DNA from: Candidatus Bathyarchaeia archaeon
GTDB taxonomy: Archaea; Thermoproteota; Bathyarchaeia; Bathyarchaeales; DTEX01
DNA length: 64,000 bases
Assembly (NCBI GenBank): GCA_038817885.1
Contig: JAWAZE010000003.1
Location: forward strand, 1,698 to 65,697
Reading direction: 5' to 3'
Program-made: the position numbers and the translations under genes
Notes under the pieces: generated by a model
Databases searched by the model: none
What the model was told of the DNA's origin: nothing
Seen by the model: only the letters and a program-made list of their open reading frames with translations
Part shown: in pieces, positions 9,391-21,387 of the stretch
Position numbering within the stretch: the first letter of the stretch is position 1
Layout of the letters: each line of letters starts with the position of its first letter

Positions 9391-10998
9391 AGTGTTCTCT
9401 AACGCCCTTATAACATTTTCTCTTCCCATTGTAATTATGTATGGGCCGAGCCTTGGGCCTGAGGGGACTCCTAAGAGCACCATGTAAAGCTTCTTGAAGA
9501 ACTCTTTTGGCTCAATGTTATTTTGTCTGGCGGCTTCGAAGATCGCGCCCTGAATCTTCTCCGCCTCGCTCTCCGCCCGAATCTTTTGGATTAGATATCT
9601 TATGGCGCTCGCCTCAGCCGAGCTAAGCTCAACTTTAGTCTCGGCTATTTCCTCAAAATCGCTTACCCAGTTTTGGGCGTACTGTATGCGCTTCTTTAAA
9701 TCCTCAATATTACTGTTTAAGTCCTTTATGTATCCATACTCCCGAAGTTTTCTAATGATGAAGTCTATTTCAGAGCCCCTTGGAGCGACCTTTACTAGGT
9801 AGGTGAGTACGTTGTAGGGTACGTGTATACTTGGCTTATTTGGGGGTTTTAGAAGGAAGCAGTATTCATATAAGCCCCTAAGCTTAATCCTCTCAGCCTC
9901 GCCCTCAACCTTAATCTTTCCAAAGTATATATCCTCAAGCTCATCAAACTCATTCATGTAGCGGGGCACATCGGAGATGGAGATGCTTCTTGTCCCAACG
10001 AACCTCTTAAGAGTCAATAGTAGCAGGGATTGGGGAGACCCATACCTAAGCCAAAGCTGCGGCGTAAGAACATTTCCAGCGGACTTTGATATCTTCTTTC
10101 CACTCTTATCTAAAAACATTTCGTAGCGCGCGTGGAGCGGCGGTTCATAGCTCAGAACCTCACGCGAAATTCTATCATTCACCCTAACCGAGTCGGCAAT
10201 ATCTTTCCCATAAGCCTCAAATTTTATTTCAAGGGCCCTCCACCTTGCCGCGAACTCCCCAGCCTTCCATCCAAGTTTTCCCTCACCCTTAGTATAATCT
10301 GTCTCACCCTCATACCCGCAGCCCTCAATCCACTTTCCCCTAACCTCCATACCCTCGCATGAATACAGCACCTTACCTTCCTCTGGGAGAAACCTATATG
10401 CCTTTGTCGTATAGATCCTTCCACAGGAGGCGCATACTGGGAAATATGGAAGAACCTTAAGGTACTTCTCCTGCCCCGTCTCCTCATAAATTATTTTTCC
10501 GACGTTCTCAGCCTTCATCAATATGTCCCGTATTTCATTATTAAGTAAGCCGCTCCTATAAACCTCAACCGCGGACATAAACTTGTATTCTATGCCGAGC
10601 TCATCTAGGGCGTCAAGCAGTAGACTAACCATATGATCCCCATAATTGCTATGGCAGCCAAGGGGGTCTGGGATGTCCGTCACAGGCTTACCTAAATGCT
10701 TCTCTAATGAGGCTGGCATCCCAGCTGGAACCTTTCTTAACCCATCCTTATTATCTGAGAAAACTATGAATTCCGACTTGTAGCCTTGATCCTTTAGGGC
10801 TAAAGAGACCCCATAATTTCTTGCCACTTCAGCTATGCTCCCTAAGTGCGGTATGCCGGACGCAGCGACCCCGCTTTCAACCCTAATGATGTCCAGTCTC
10901 CTACCAAGCTTCCGCTCCCGCTCAACTATCTTAACGGCCATCTTATCATACCATGTTCCACGACCAATAATCTTCCTCGCCTCACCCTGCTTCATCAC
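9370..10998 (-). CDS. lysK: lysyl-tRNA synthetase, class I (archaeal type)
   Basis: Class I signatures SGIPHLGS (HIGH-like) and KISKSAGN (KMSKS). Length and overall pattern fit archaeal LysK. Confidence 0.9.
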   Translation of the reverse strand: MMKQGEARKIIGRGTWYDKMAVKIVERERKLGRRLDIIRVESGVAASGIPHLGSIAEVARNYGVSLALKDQGYKSEFIVFSDNKDGLRKVPAGMPASLEKHLGKPVTDIPDPLGCHSNYGDHMVSLLLDALDELGIEYKFMSAVEVYRSGLLNNEIRDILMKAENVGKIIYEETGQEKYLKVLPYFPVCASCGRIYTTKAYRFLPEEGKVLYSCEGMEVRGKWIEGCGYEGETDYTKGEGKLGWKAGEFAARWRALEIKFEAYGKDIADSVRVNDRISREVLSYEPPLHARYEMFLDKSGKKISKSAGNVLTPQLWLRYGSPQSLLLLTLKRFVGTRSISISDVPRYMNEFDELEDIYFGKIKVEGEAERIKLRGLYEYCFLLKPPNKPSIHVPYNVLTYLVKVAPRGSEIDFIIRKLREYGYIKDLNSNIEDLKKRIQYAQNWVSDFEEIAETKVELSSAEASAIRYLIQKIRAESEAEKIQGAIFEAARQNNIEPKEFFKKLYMVLLGVPSGPRLGPYIITMGRENVIRALENTLTAFGG

Positions 10999-11158
10999 AA
11001 CATTCCTCTAAATTCACTACACCACGATATTGAGAAAAACTCGAATAAAAATAAAAACTTACTGTAGTATGAGATCGTCCCCGCCAGACCCTCGCCCTTC
11101 TATGAAGGGGGAATTATTATGGGCGATGGAAGATAATTATACAAAAATTTGATGGGAT

Positions 11159-13147
<1,989 letters not shown>

Positions 13148-13304
13148 CACTTTATTTTTCCACTTAAAAAATAATTTAAAAATATATTCTTTGCGGTAGC
13201 CGTATGCGAAGTTTCTCCGACAACAGATAAGTTTAAATTTATTACTCGGTTTTCTCTGAATTTTATAATACTGAAACGTAGGAAACGTTGGCAGAATATT
13301 AGGT

Positions 13305-13955
13305 GTGATAGCTTTGGATGAGAGGTCGGATGAGGTAAGCGGAATCAGCGAGTGGGTTCCGCGTACAAAGCTTGGTAGAATGGTACTTGAGGGTAAAATA
13401 TCATCTTTAGAGGAGGTATTCGCCAATGGAATGAAGATAAGTGAGCCGGAAATAGTAGATACGCTTGTACCAAACCTTGAGGAGGAAGTTTTACACATAA
13501 GCATCGTCCAGAGACAAACTGACGCGGGTGAGAGGTCAAGATTTAAGGCCATAGTTGCTATTGGAAATAAGGACGGCTATCTCGGCATCGGCGCTGGCAA
13601 GGCCACTCAGGTGCGCACGGCAATAGAGAAGGCTGCCAGGGATGCGCGTCTAAACATCACGGTCATTCGGAGAGGGTGTGGAAGCTGGGAGTGCGGGTGT
13701 GGGCAACCGCATTCAATACCCTTCGAGGTGACTGGGAAGTGTGGTGCTGTTAAGGTCAAAATTTTACCAGGTCCACGTGGTTTAGGGCTGGTTGCTGGTG
13801 AAGTTGCTAAAGTTATTCTTAGGCTTGCGGGTGTAAAGGACTGCTGGACTAGAAGTTATGGTCCGACAAGAACGGTCCCATCATTCACGTACGCCATATT
13901 TGACGCCCTTAAGAAAACATATGAAATTATCACTCCGCTAGACTGGGCGAGGTAA
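13305..13955 (+). CDS. rps5: 30S ribosomal protein uS5
   Basis: WVPRTKLGR..., GIGAGKA and ILPGPRGLGLVAG motifs. Conserved position before uL30/uL15/secY. Confidence 0.95.
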   Translation: MIALDERSDEVSGISEWVPRTKLGRMVLEGKISSLEEVFANGMKISEPEIVDTLVPNLEEEVLHISIVQRQTDAGERSRFKAIVAIGNKDGYLGIGAGKATQVRTAIEKAARDARLNITVIRRGCGSWECGCGQPHSIPFEVTGKCGAVKVKILPGPRGLGLVAGEVAKVILRLAGVKDCWTRSYGPTRTVPSFTYAIFDALKKTYEIITPLDWAR

Positions 13956-13961
13956 ATTCCT

Positions 13962-14441
13962 ATGGAGAAGGGAGATAAATGTTTAGCCGTTATTAGGGTC
14001 CGCGGCACTGTTAATGTGAGGAAAGATATCAACGATACACTTAGGATGCTCCATTTAGTTCGCAATTGCCATGCAACCTTAATAAATAATCGCCCCTCAT
14101 ATTTAGGCATGCTCCAAAAAATTCATAACTATGTAACGTGGGGTGAAGTCTCTAAGGAGGTTATAGCCTCCCTCCTAAGGGAGAGGGGAAGGCTTATAGG
14201 GAATAAGAAGATCACCGATGAATACGCTAAAAGAATCGGCTTTGAATCGATCGATGACCTAGCCGAGGCCATATATAGCTTAAAGGTTGAGTTCCATAAG
14301 CTCCCTGAAATTAAGCCCGTTTTCCGCCTACATCCACCAAGAGGTGGCTTTGGCAAAAGCGTAAAAAAGAGTTATAGGAGTGGAGGCTCAGTAGGTTATA
14401 GGGGCGAAGATATAAACAATTTACTTAAAAGGATGATTTAG
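13962..14441 (+). CDS. rpl30: 50S ribosomal protein uL30
   Basis: LAVIRVRGTVNVRKDINDTLRMLHL motif. Synteny uS5-uL30-uL15. Confidence 0.9.
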   Translation: MEKGDKCLAVIRVRGTVNVRKDINDTLRMLHLVRNCHATLINNRPSYLGMLQKIHNYVTWGEVSKEVIASLLRERGRLIGNKKITDEYAKRIGFESIDDLAEAIYSLKVEFHKLPEIKPVFRLHPPRGGFGKSVKKSYRSGGSVGYRGEDINNLLKRMI

Positions 14442-14453
14442 AGAGGGAAGTCC

Positions 14454-14888
14454 ATGCCACATAGTCTTAGGAAGATTCGTAAGAAGCGCGGGTCAAGGAC
14501 ATGCGGTTATGGTAGGGTTGGGCAGCATAGGAAAAGCGGATCTAAGGGCGAGAGGAGGGCTGGTAGACATAAGCATTTATGGTCTTGGGTCTTAAGATAT
14601 GAGCCGGACTACTTTGGCTATAAAGGATTCGTCTCACCTAAACAAAAGAAAGTGAAAGATGTTAGGTGCATAAACATAAATGAGTTGGAAGAAATGGCTC
14701 TCAAGATGTCTGCCGAAGCCGGGAAGGGGGAGAAAATATTCATAGATTTGGAGGCAATGGGGTACTCGAAGCTCTTAGGTGAGGGGAGAATAACCTTGCC
14801 AGTTATAGTTAAAGTCCCCTCATACACCGAGGAAGCATTACAAAAGATAAAAGAAGCTGGTGGAGAAATAATATCTACAAGGGAATAG
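14454..14888 (+). CDS. rpl15: 50S ribosomal protein uL15
   Basis: Basic N-terminus RKKRGSRTCGYGRVGQHRKSG typical of uL15. Synteny. Confidence 0.9.
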   Translation: MPHSLRKIRKKRGSRTCGYGRVGQHRKSGSKGERRAGRHKHLWSWVLRYEPDYFGYKGFVSPKQKKVKDVRCININELEEMALKMSAEAGKGEKIFIDLEAMGYSKLLGEGRITLPVIVKVPSYTEEALQKIKEAGGEIISTRE

Positions 14889-14953
14889 ACAATAAAACTA
14901 ACTAGAAAATAAAAATTTTATTTTATAAATCTAATTATACTTGAGGGAAAAAC

Positions 14954-16372
14954 TTGGCCGGCAGGTTTTTAAGGGCTTTTCAGCCGCTGATAAAATTTAT
15001 TCCTGAGATTAGGGCTCCTGAGCGTAGGGTTAGTTTTGGTGAGAAGCTTCTTTGGACTGGCCTCGCATTGATAATCTACCTTGTTATGAGTGAAATACCC
15101 TTATATGGCCTGTATAAAAGTGAGAGCGTTTTAGTTTATAGGGTCATATTCGCCTCGACTCAGGGCACATTAATGGAGCTTGGTATAGGCCCAATAGTTA
15201 CAGCCGGCCTAATATTACAGTTGCTCGCAGCCTCCGGACTCATAAGCGTCGATCTCTCCAATCCAGAGGATAGGGCGCTCTTCTCTGGCGCAAACAAGGT
15301 TCTAGCGGTACTCATGACCATCTTCCAAGCCTCAGCTTATCTTCTAAGCGGGGTCCTCCGCGCCATAGGAGCTATACAAGCGATGGTAATATTCATACAG
15401 CTGATTATCGCCGGCCTAATAGTATTACTTTTAGATGAGATGATACAGAAGGGTTGGGGGATTGGGAGCGGCATAAGCCTCTTTATTCTAGCGGGGGTCG
15501 CTCAAAGAATAATGATAGACTGCTTTTCACTAATGCCGCCTCTGGGCGGTGTAGGAGGGTTTAGGGGCATAATTCCAGCGATAATTAGCTCACTAATCAC
15601 AGGTACGTCCCTCCCAGCGCTGATTGTAAGGCCGGCGGACGACCCAAGCATCCTAGGCCTATTTTTAACGATAGCTATATTCATGTTCTGTATTTATATG
15701 CAGGGAGTTAGGGTTGAGATCCCAATATCGCATTCGGGATATAGGGGGTTTAGGGGGTCATACCCAATAAACCTATTATACGTCTCAAACCTACCAGTTA
15801 TATTTACATCAGCCCTCTTTGGGAACATACAGATTTTCGGGCAAATATTATGGAATAATTACCGGGATAATCCGATCTTAGGCCAATTAGTGAGGCTGAT
15901 AGGCACGTATGAGATGAGGGAGGGTGGTGTTGTACCGGTTGGAGGGCTGGCCTACTACGTTACTTCTCCAAGAGGTTTCATGGACTTTATAGGAAACCCC
16001 ATTAGATATGCCGTTTACATAGTTCTTTTAATCCTCTTCTGCGTCATTTTCTCATGGATCTGGCTGCAGGTTGGCGGTCTAGATCCGAGAACCGTTGCTA
16101 GGCAGTTGGTGGACGCTGGCCTACAAGTTCCAGGGTTCAGAAGGGCTGAGAAGCCCATCGAGTTCGTTCTGAGGCGCTACATTCCAACAGTGACATTGCT
16201 AGGGGGGCTTATTGTTGGTTTACTGGCCGCGATGGCAGATATATTTGGAGCATTCGGTACAGGAACGGGGATACTTCTCTCAGTGGGCATAATATATCAA
16301 TATTACCAGCAGATCATGAGGGAGCAGGTGGAGGAGATTTATCCGGGGATAAGGAGATTTCTCGGAAGGTAG
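14954..16372 (+). CDS. secY: preprotein translocase subunit SecY
   Basis: Ten-TM pattern, MELGIGPIVTAGLILQLL plug/TM2 motif, synteny after uL15. TTG start. Confidence 0.95.
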   Translation: MAGRFLRAFQPLIKFIPEIRAPERRVSFGEKLLWTGLALIIYLVMSEIPLYGLYKSESVLVYRVIFASTQGTLMELGIGPIVTAGLILQLLAASGLISVDLSNPEDRALFSGANKVLAVLMTIFQASAYLLSGVLRAIGAIQAMVIFIQLIIAGLIVLLLDEMIQKGWGIGSGISLFILAGVAQRIMIDCFSLMPPLGGVGGFRGIIPAIISSLITGTSLPALIVRPADDPSILGLFLTIAIFMFCIYMQGVRVEIPISHSGYRGFRGSYPINLLYVSNLPVIFTSALFGNIQIFGQILWNNYRDNPILGQLVRLIGTYEMREGGVVPVGGLAYYVTSPRGFMDFIGNPIRYAVYIVLLILFCVIFSWIWLQVGGLDPRTVARQLVDAGLQVPGFRRAEKPIEFVLRRYIPTVTLLGGLIVGLLAAMADIFGAFGTGTGILLSVGIIYQYYQQIMREQVEEIYPGIRRFLGR

Positions 16373-16379
16373 AGGGGAG

Positions 16380-16823
16380 ATGTCTTTAGGCTTCCTTGAG
16401 AGCCAACTATACCTGGCATTCTTCACGGTTCTTATAGCCCTCGCATTATCTTCGATATCAACTTTAGCTAGCCGCAAGCTCGTTGATAGACAGCTGCTGG
16501 CCGATGTTCAAAGGGAGATTTCTGAGTGGCGGGCTCAGATGGAGATCGCCAAGAAGACCGGTGATAAGAAGCTTATAGCTAAACTTAAGAAACAGGAACT
16601 TCGAATAATGCAGATGAGGGCGAAGGTTTCAGCCCAGCAATTAAAAGTTATGCTCGTTACTTTTGTCCCATTTATAGTGGTGTGGTGGATCCTAATGCCA
16701 TACCTCTATAAACCAGCAGCATTCATACCGCTCTTCGGGTCTAAAATCGAACTACCCTTCATCGTATGGTATATTATATGCAGCTTCTTCTTCCACACCA
16801 TACTCTCAAAAATATTTAAGTAG
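16380..16823 (+). CDS. DUF106 / EMC3-TMCO1-like membrane protein (archaeal YidC/Oxa1-like insertase candidate)
   Basis: TM1, then a Lys-rich coiled coil (KKTGDKKLIAKLKKQELRIMQM), then two TMs. Conserved position between secY and cmk. Confidence 0.75.
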   Translation: MSLGFLESQLYLAFFTVLIALALSSISTLASRKLVDRQLLADVQREISEWRAQMEIAKKTGDKKLIAKLKKQELRIMQMRAKVSAQQLKVMLVTFVPFIVVWWILMPYLYKPAAFIPLFGSKIELPFIVWYIICSFFFHTILSKIFK

Positions 16824-16842
16824 AAAAGGGTGGTGATAATCC

Positions 16843-17466
16843 GTGGGTTCGGCGGCCGAAGAGAAGAAAATCATCATATGTATTTCTGGTCTAGCCGGCT
16901 CGGGGAAGAGCACGGCTGCCAAAAGAATCGCCAGGCACTATGGTCTAAAACTTTATTCGGGTGGGGACGCCCTTAAGGCGGTTGCATCGGAGATGGGTTA
17001 TAGCGTATCTGAGCGGGGTTGGTGGGAGAGTGAGGGCGGCATGCGCTTTATTGAGGAGCGTCTTAAAACCTTAGATATTGATAGGCGCGTGGACGAGAAG
17101 ATGATGGAGTGGGCTAGGGAAGGCAACGTCGTATTAGATAGCTGGACCATGCCATGGCTTCTAAAAGAGGGCTTTAAGATATGGCTCAATGCATCCGAGG
17201 AGGTTAGGGCCGCCAGAATCGCTAAGAGGGATGGAATAAGCTTTGAGGAGGCCCTTAAGCGCATGAGGGATCGGGAGACTAGAACGAAGGAGATTTATAG
17301 GAGATTATATGGCTTTAAGCTGGGCGAAGACTTTGAGCCATTCCACGTAATACTCGATGTAAATGATCTGAATGAAGATGAAGTCTTTGAAACGTTACGA
17401 TTAATAATTGACAGATGGTTTCTAGGGAAAACGGAGAGGTGCGGTGCCTCTAAAAAGCCTTCTTAA
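16843..17466 (+). CDS. cmk: cytidylate kinase, archaeal type
   Basis: P-loop ISGLAGSGKST. Size and position after secY/DUF106 match the archaeal cmk locus. Confidence 0.75.
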   Translation: MGSAAEEKKIIICISGLAGSGKSTAAKRIARHYGLKLYSGGDALKAVASEMGYSVSERGWWESEGGMRFIEERLKTLDIDRRVDEKMMEWAREGNVVLDSWTMPWLLKEGFKIWLNASEEVRAARIAKRDGISFEEALKRMRDRETRTKEIYRRLYGFKLGEDFEPFHVILDVNDLNEDEVFETLRLIIDRWFLGKTERCGASKKPS

Positions 17467-18305
17467 TGAATGAGCGCAATGTTCACTAATAGGAAAATTA
17501 TGTCGCCCACCAACATAGCCGCAGAGAAGCCCAGCGTAATGAATACTATGAAGGGTAGCCCAGGCGTAACCCAGACTTTCCCGCGAAGGGCTGCCGGCAA
17601 CATCTCTTTAGGCCAGTTCTCGTCCGTGGGTAGGCGGCTGAACACCTTTAATCTTTTAACCACCGATCCATCCTCTCTCTCAATAAATTCCTCCATGAGC
17701 AGATAATGGTGCCTGCCTGAGCGCAGCTTATCCACATCGACCCTATAGCCTGTTAAGAGGGAAATAGCCTTTTTAAGTAACCCCTCATGCTCGAGACCCT
17801 CAAAGATCCTCTTATTCCGCATATAATCTACTAGGTTCCTCACGAGGATCGGTATTGTTGATAGCGCTGCGAGAAGAACCGCGTTGTTGAAGGTTGAGAT
17901 TGGCGGCGGTATGAAGGGCTGAATGGAATGACCAGCGAATAGCTTAGCCAGAGAAAGGTTTGGCTGTAACGGCATTGCCGCTGCTAGGCATATAAGGGCT
18001 TTTGCATCAGCCCCGCCAAATAAGCCCAAGTAAAATAGCGCTATAGAGAGGCAGGATGTCATTGCTATGATCAAGATCCACATAAAAATGAACTGTATGT
18101 CTAAGCCGCCTAAGATAAAAGATGAAAGCGTTAATGCTAAGCCTAGTGGGGCGAATAGTATCCACACGGCGTCCGGAACCTCCCTACTTCTAATGTCATG
18201 GAAAGATGCGATTAGGAGAAAGAGTAGACAGATGGAGATCCTGGTTAAGTCGAGTAAAAATATGACTCCCCCACGCACAATTAATTCAGTTAAGCTCAAG
18301 CCCAA
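17463..18305 (-). CDS. A24-family prepilin/preflagellin peptidase (PibD/FlaK-like)
   Basis: Polytopic membrane protein with the two catalytic Asp motifs, FHDIRSREVPD and GGADAKAL. Confidence 0.75.
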   Translation of the reverse strand: MGLSLTELIVRGGVIFLLDLTRISICLLFLLIASFHDIRSREVPDAVWILFAPLGLALTLSSFILGGLDIQFIFMWILIIAMTSCLSIALFYLGLFGGADAKALICLAAAMPLQPNLSLAKLFAGHSIQPFIPPPISTFNNAVLLAALSTIPILVRNLVDYMRNKRIFEGLEHEGLLKKAISLLTGYRVDVDKLRSGRHHYLLMEEFIEREDGSVVKRLKVFSRLPTDENWPKEMLPAALRGKVWVTPGLPFIVFITLGFSAAMLVGDIIFLLVNIALIH

Positions 18306-18354
18306 AATATTCCTCCCTAATCATAAAAGGAATTTAAAAAATGGGGGGTGTCGC

Positions 18355-18915
18355 TTAACTTCCTTTTTTCAGCAGAAGCTTTAAGAACTCCCTCATGAGT
18401 GCGGGTAGGTCTGGCCAAGCCCTGCTTGTAACTAGATTACCGTCGACTACGACTTCCCGATCCATATATTCTGCACCAGCCTGCTTAAGGTCCGGTGCAA
18501 CCGCCATATAGCATGTCATCCTCCTGCCTTTAGCCAGTCCGAGGGCGGTGACCACCAATGGGCCATGACATATAGCGGCTATGGGCTTATTATGTTCAAA
18601 GAAGTGCTTTACGATGCGCTCAAGGTCGGCGTATGTTCTTATGTATTCTGGCGCCCTTCCGCCAGGTATTATTAGACCATCAAATTCCTCCGGCTTAACA
18701 TCTTTAAAGGAGAGTTCAACCCACCCAAATCTATAGCCGGGCTTCTCAGTGTATGTTTCCCACCCGGGCTCAAAATCATGGACGACGGTAAATAGTGTCT
18801 TCTTCGAGGGGGCCGCTACAACAACGTCTACTCCCGCCTCTTTAAGCCTCCAGAAAGGATAAAAGATTTCCTGAGCCTCCACCCCATCCCCAGCAACTAT
18901 CAAAACCTTAGGCAA
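18355..18915 (-). CDS. pfpI: DJ-1/PfpI-family intracellular protease/deglycase
   Basis: AAICHGP nucleophile elbow, IIPGGRAPE, ~186 aa. TTG start. Confidence 0.85.
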   Translation of the reverse strand: MPKVLIVAGDGVEAQEIFYPFWRLKEAGVDVVVAAPSKKTLFTVVHDFEPGWETYTEKPGYRFGWVELSFKDVKPEEFDGLIIPGGRAPEYIRTYADLERIVKHFFEHNKPIAAICHGPLVVTALGLAKGRRMTCYMAVAPDLKQAGAEYMDREVVVDGNLVTSRAWPDLPALMREFLKLLLKKGS

Positions 18916-19074
18916 GCTCCCTCACCAAGGATTATTTTCCCCATAGAGTAACTTAAGAGTTACTATCGTGCGTTTTTAGATGGGGATAGGGCTGCTCGTA
19001 AAGAAGCGATTAAATATTTCTTGGCTATATATTATTATTGTTCCGATGAGACGATATTTGAGGGGCCTGAGACA

Positions 19075-19356
19075 ATGGTGATAAAAGCCTATGTATTATT
19101 GAAGGTTAGTTCCGGAGCCGAGAAGGACGTTTGTAGGAAAGTAGCTGACTTAGATAATGTGATAGATGCTAGCATAATCTATGGGGAATATGATATCATT
19201 GCTAAGGTTGGCACACAAGAAATAACCCAGCTAAATGACCTCTTAGATAAGATAAGAGGTATACCAAGCGTCATATTAACGTCCACGATGATCGTTGCAC
19301 AGGAATATAAAGGTAAGAATACTCGTGAAGCATTGAATGTTCAAAGCCGCAAATGA
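19075..19356 (+). CDS. stand-alone Lrp/AsnC ligand-binding (RAM) domain protein
   Basis: MVIKAYVLLKV...GEYDIIAKV pattern of an RAM domain with no HTH. Start trimmed to ATG 19075. Confidence 0.65.
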   Translation: MVIKAYVLLKVSSGAEKDVCRKVADLDNVIDASIIYGEYDIIAKVGTQEITQLNDLLDKIRGIPSVILTSTMIVAQEYKGKNTREALNVQSRK

Positions 19357-19432
19357 GGGACAACAACTTTAAAATGTCCCGACCGCCCTTTAACCACATG
19401 TCTCCCCTTTTCTTAAAAATTTAACTCTCAAT

Positions 19433-20506
19433 TTAACGAGAGCCTCCATTAATAAATAGTCTCATATCCCCTAGCACTGCCGATAGCGCCTGCATATCTT
19501 TCATTGTCTTAAGACCGGGTGGGGCGTTAATTATTCTGGGTATTAGGTTCACGATGATGGCTGCTGTGCTAACGTCTCCGTGGACGCATGGCGTTATCCG
19601 CTGATTTATCGTCGGGGTACCATCAATAAATATTGAGTCGCATTCCCACGCCGCGCCAATATAAGCCTTAAAGATTAATGTTATAAACGGTCGGTCACCA
19701 AGTGACCCATATGCTTTTTGACTTACACCGGCTACAAATCCAGGTTTAACGGTGATGAAGTCGCTCTCAACCCTCTCTTCGGCTATTACTGGTTTTATTG
19801 GCTCTTCCACTATACTGCTAAGCTTCACGCCGATTGAGTCGGCTATCATAGCGATTGACTGCTTAAGCCCTATATGCCCGGTTATCTCACCCTTACCGAC
19901 CTTCTCATTAAATTCCTTGACGCTTAACCCAGCACCAATCTTTTTCTGGAATGATGGTCTACGTTTAGAAGCATCTATGTTTCTTTCGACAACTATGCGC
20001 CTAATATCTTGGCATATGGCTGTTAAAGTTATGACAAGTGTGTCCATGAGGAAACCTGGATTTATGCCAGATCCAAGAACCGTGACACCGTGCTCCTTCG
20101 CAAGATTATCAATCGCTTTTGCAACCTCCTCATTTACAATGTGGGGATAGGATAGTTCTTCGCATGTCGATATCACATTGAAGCCCCGCTTAATGAGCTC
20201 AACTATCTGTGGATAAGCCTTGTCTAGAAATGATGTCGTCGCATGCACAGCAATATCGGCATTAACATTGAGGTCGGCAACACTCTTTTGAACAATTATC
20301 CCCATTTTCTCTCTAATTCTAATCACATCTCCAAGGTCCCTACCAGCCTTCTCTGGGGAGGGGTCAACAGCCCCAACAATTCTTACGCCACTCTTTTTTA
20401 GGAGAAGCCTAGCGATCTCGGAGCCTATTTGGCCTACGCCCACGAGAACAACATTAACCTCGGAGCCAAATGAGCCGCTATAATTCAAAATATTAGAGCC
20501 CCCCAA
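19433..20506 (-). CDS. NAD(P)-dependent amine dehydrogenase / DapB-N-like oxidoreductase (2,4-diaminopentanoate dehydrogenase-like family)
   Basis: N-terminal Rossmann VVLVGVGQIGSE, then a DapB-like C-terminal domain (GSGINPGF). The exact substrate cannot be called. Confidence 0.55.
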   Translation of the reverse strand: MGGSNILNYSGSFGSEVNVVLVGVGQIGSEIARLLLKKSGVRIVGAVDPSPEKAGRDLGDVIRIREKMGIIVQKSVADLNVNADIAVHATTSFLDKAYPQIVELIKRGFNVISTCEELSYPHIVNEEVAKAIDNLAKEHGVTVLGSGINPGFLMDTLVITLTAICQDIRRIVVERNIDASKRRPSFQKKIGAGLSVKEFNEKVGKGEITGHIGLKQSIAMIADSIGVKLSSIVEEPIKPVIAEERVESDFITVKPGFVAGVSQKAYGSLGDRPFITLIFKAYIGAAWECDSIFIDGTPTINQRITPCVHGDVSTAAIIVNLIPRIINAPPGLKTMKDMQALSAVLGDMRLFINGGSR

Positions 20507-20562
20507 TTTATAGCTTTATGGCGCGCCCCATAATTAATTTAAAGCGCATAAAATTTTCAACT

Positions 20563-21384
20563 TCAGAATTTCTTCATTACGTAGTTTACAATAGACTCAA
20601 ATATTAGTCTGCCATCTCCATACTTTGGCGGCCTCCCCATTCTAGTCCAGTTGGGTAGCTGCCAACCATAATATGCTCTTTCGGGGTGGGGCATCAAGCC
20701 AAATATTGTCCCACTTGGGTCGCATATTCCGGCTATATCATATAATGAACCGTTCGGGTTCTCTGGGAACCTACCTTCAGCTGGATCACCATTCTCACAG
20801 CAGTACCTAAATACGATTTGATCATTATCAATAAGCTTGTTGAGGAGATCTTTCTCTCTCTCCTTCGGCAGGATGAATCTTCCCTCCGCATGCGCTACTG
20901 GCATTCTTAGGATAGCGCCCTTCGGTATAAGCCATGTAAAAGCGCATTTACCGCGATTCTCGTGTCTCAGGTAAACCCACGTGCACCTGTACCCGATGGG
21001 GACGTTCGTTGCCAAAGCGGCCTCTGGACGTACACTCACGCCATTTATCTTGGGGAGTAGACCAGCTTCGATAAGCACTTGAAAGCCATTGCATATGCCG
21101 AGGATGGGTCTACCCTCATCTATAAAAGCCTTTACCTCGGAGCCAATTCTAGCCATAATAATCTTTGCGAGTATGGCTCCGGCTCTGACGTGATCCCCAT
21201 ATGAGAAGCCTCCCGGAAAGACAAGTATATGGTATTCAAAAAGAATTTCTTTCTTCCTTGATATCTCATTTATATGGTGGATTGATGCCTTAACACCGAG
21301 ATCCTCAAAGGACCTCTTTGTCTCCGCATCGCAGTTTGTTCCGCCAACCCTAATAATGCAGACTCTGATCTCCTCATGCCTCAA
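20563..21384 (-). CDS. purQ: phosphoribosylformylglycinamidine synthase subunit I (glutaminase)
   Basis: GICNGFQ nucleophile Cys and the MPHPER His-Glu motif. Adjacent to purL/purS. Confidence 0.9.
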   Translation of the reverse strand: MRHEEIRVCIIRVGGTNCDAETKRSFEDLGVKASIHHINEISRKKEILFEYHILVFPGGFSYGDHVRAGAILAKIIMARIGSEVKAFIDEGRPILGICNGFQVLIEAGLLPKINGVSVRPEAALATNVPIGYRCTWVYLRHENRGKCAFTWLIPKGAILRMPVAHAEGRFILPKEREKDLLNKLIDNDQIVFRYCCENGDPAEGRFPENPNGSLYDIAGICDPSGTIFGLMPHPERAYYGWQLPNWTRMGRPPKYGDGRLIFESIVNYVMKKF

Positions 21385-21387
21385 TAA

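Noticed and set aside
13148-13552. 135-codon N-terminal extension of the acetyl-CoA synthetase ORF (track start 13552)
   Set aside because: The extension is low-complexity and overlaps the uS5 gene on the opposite strand. The conserved Acs N-terminus begins at ATG 13147.
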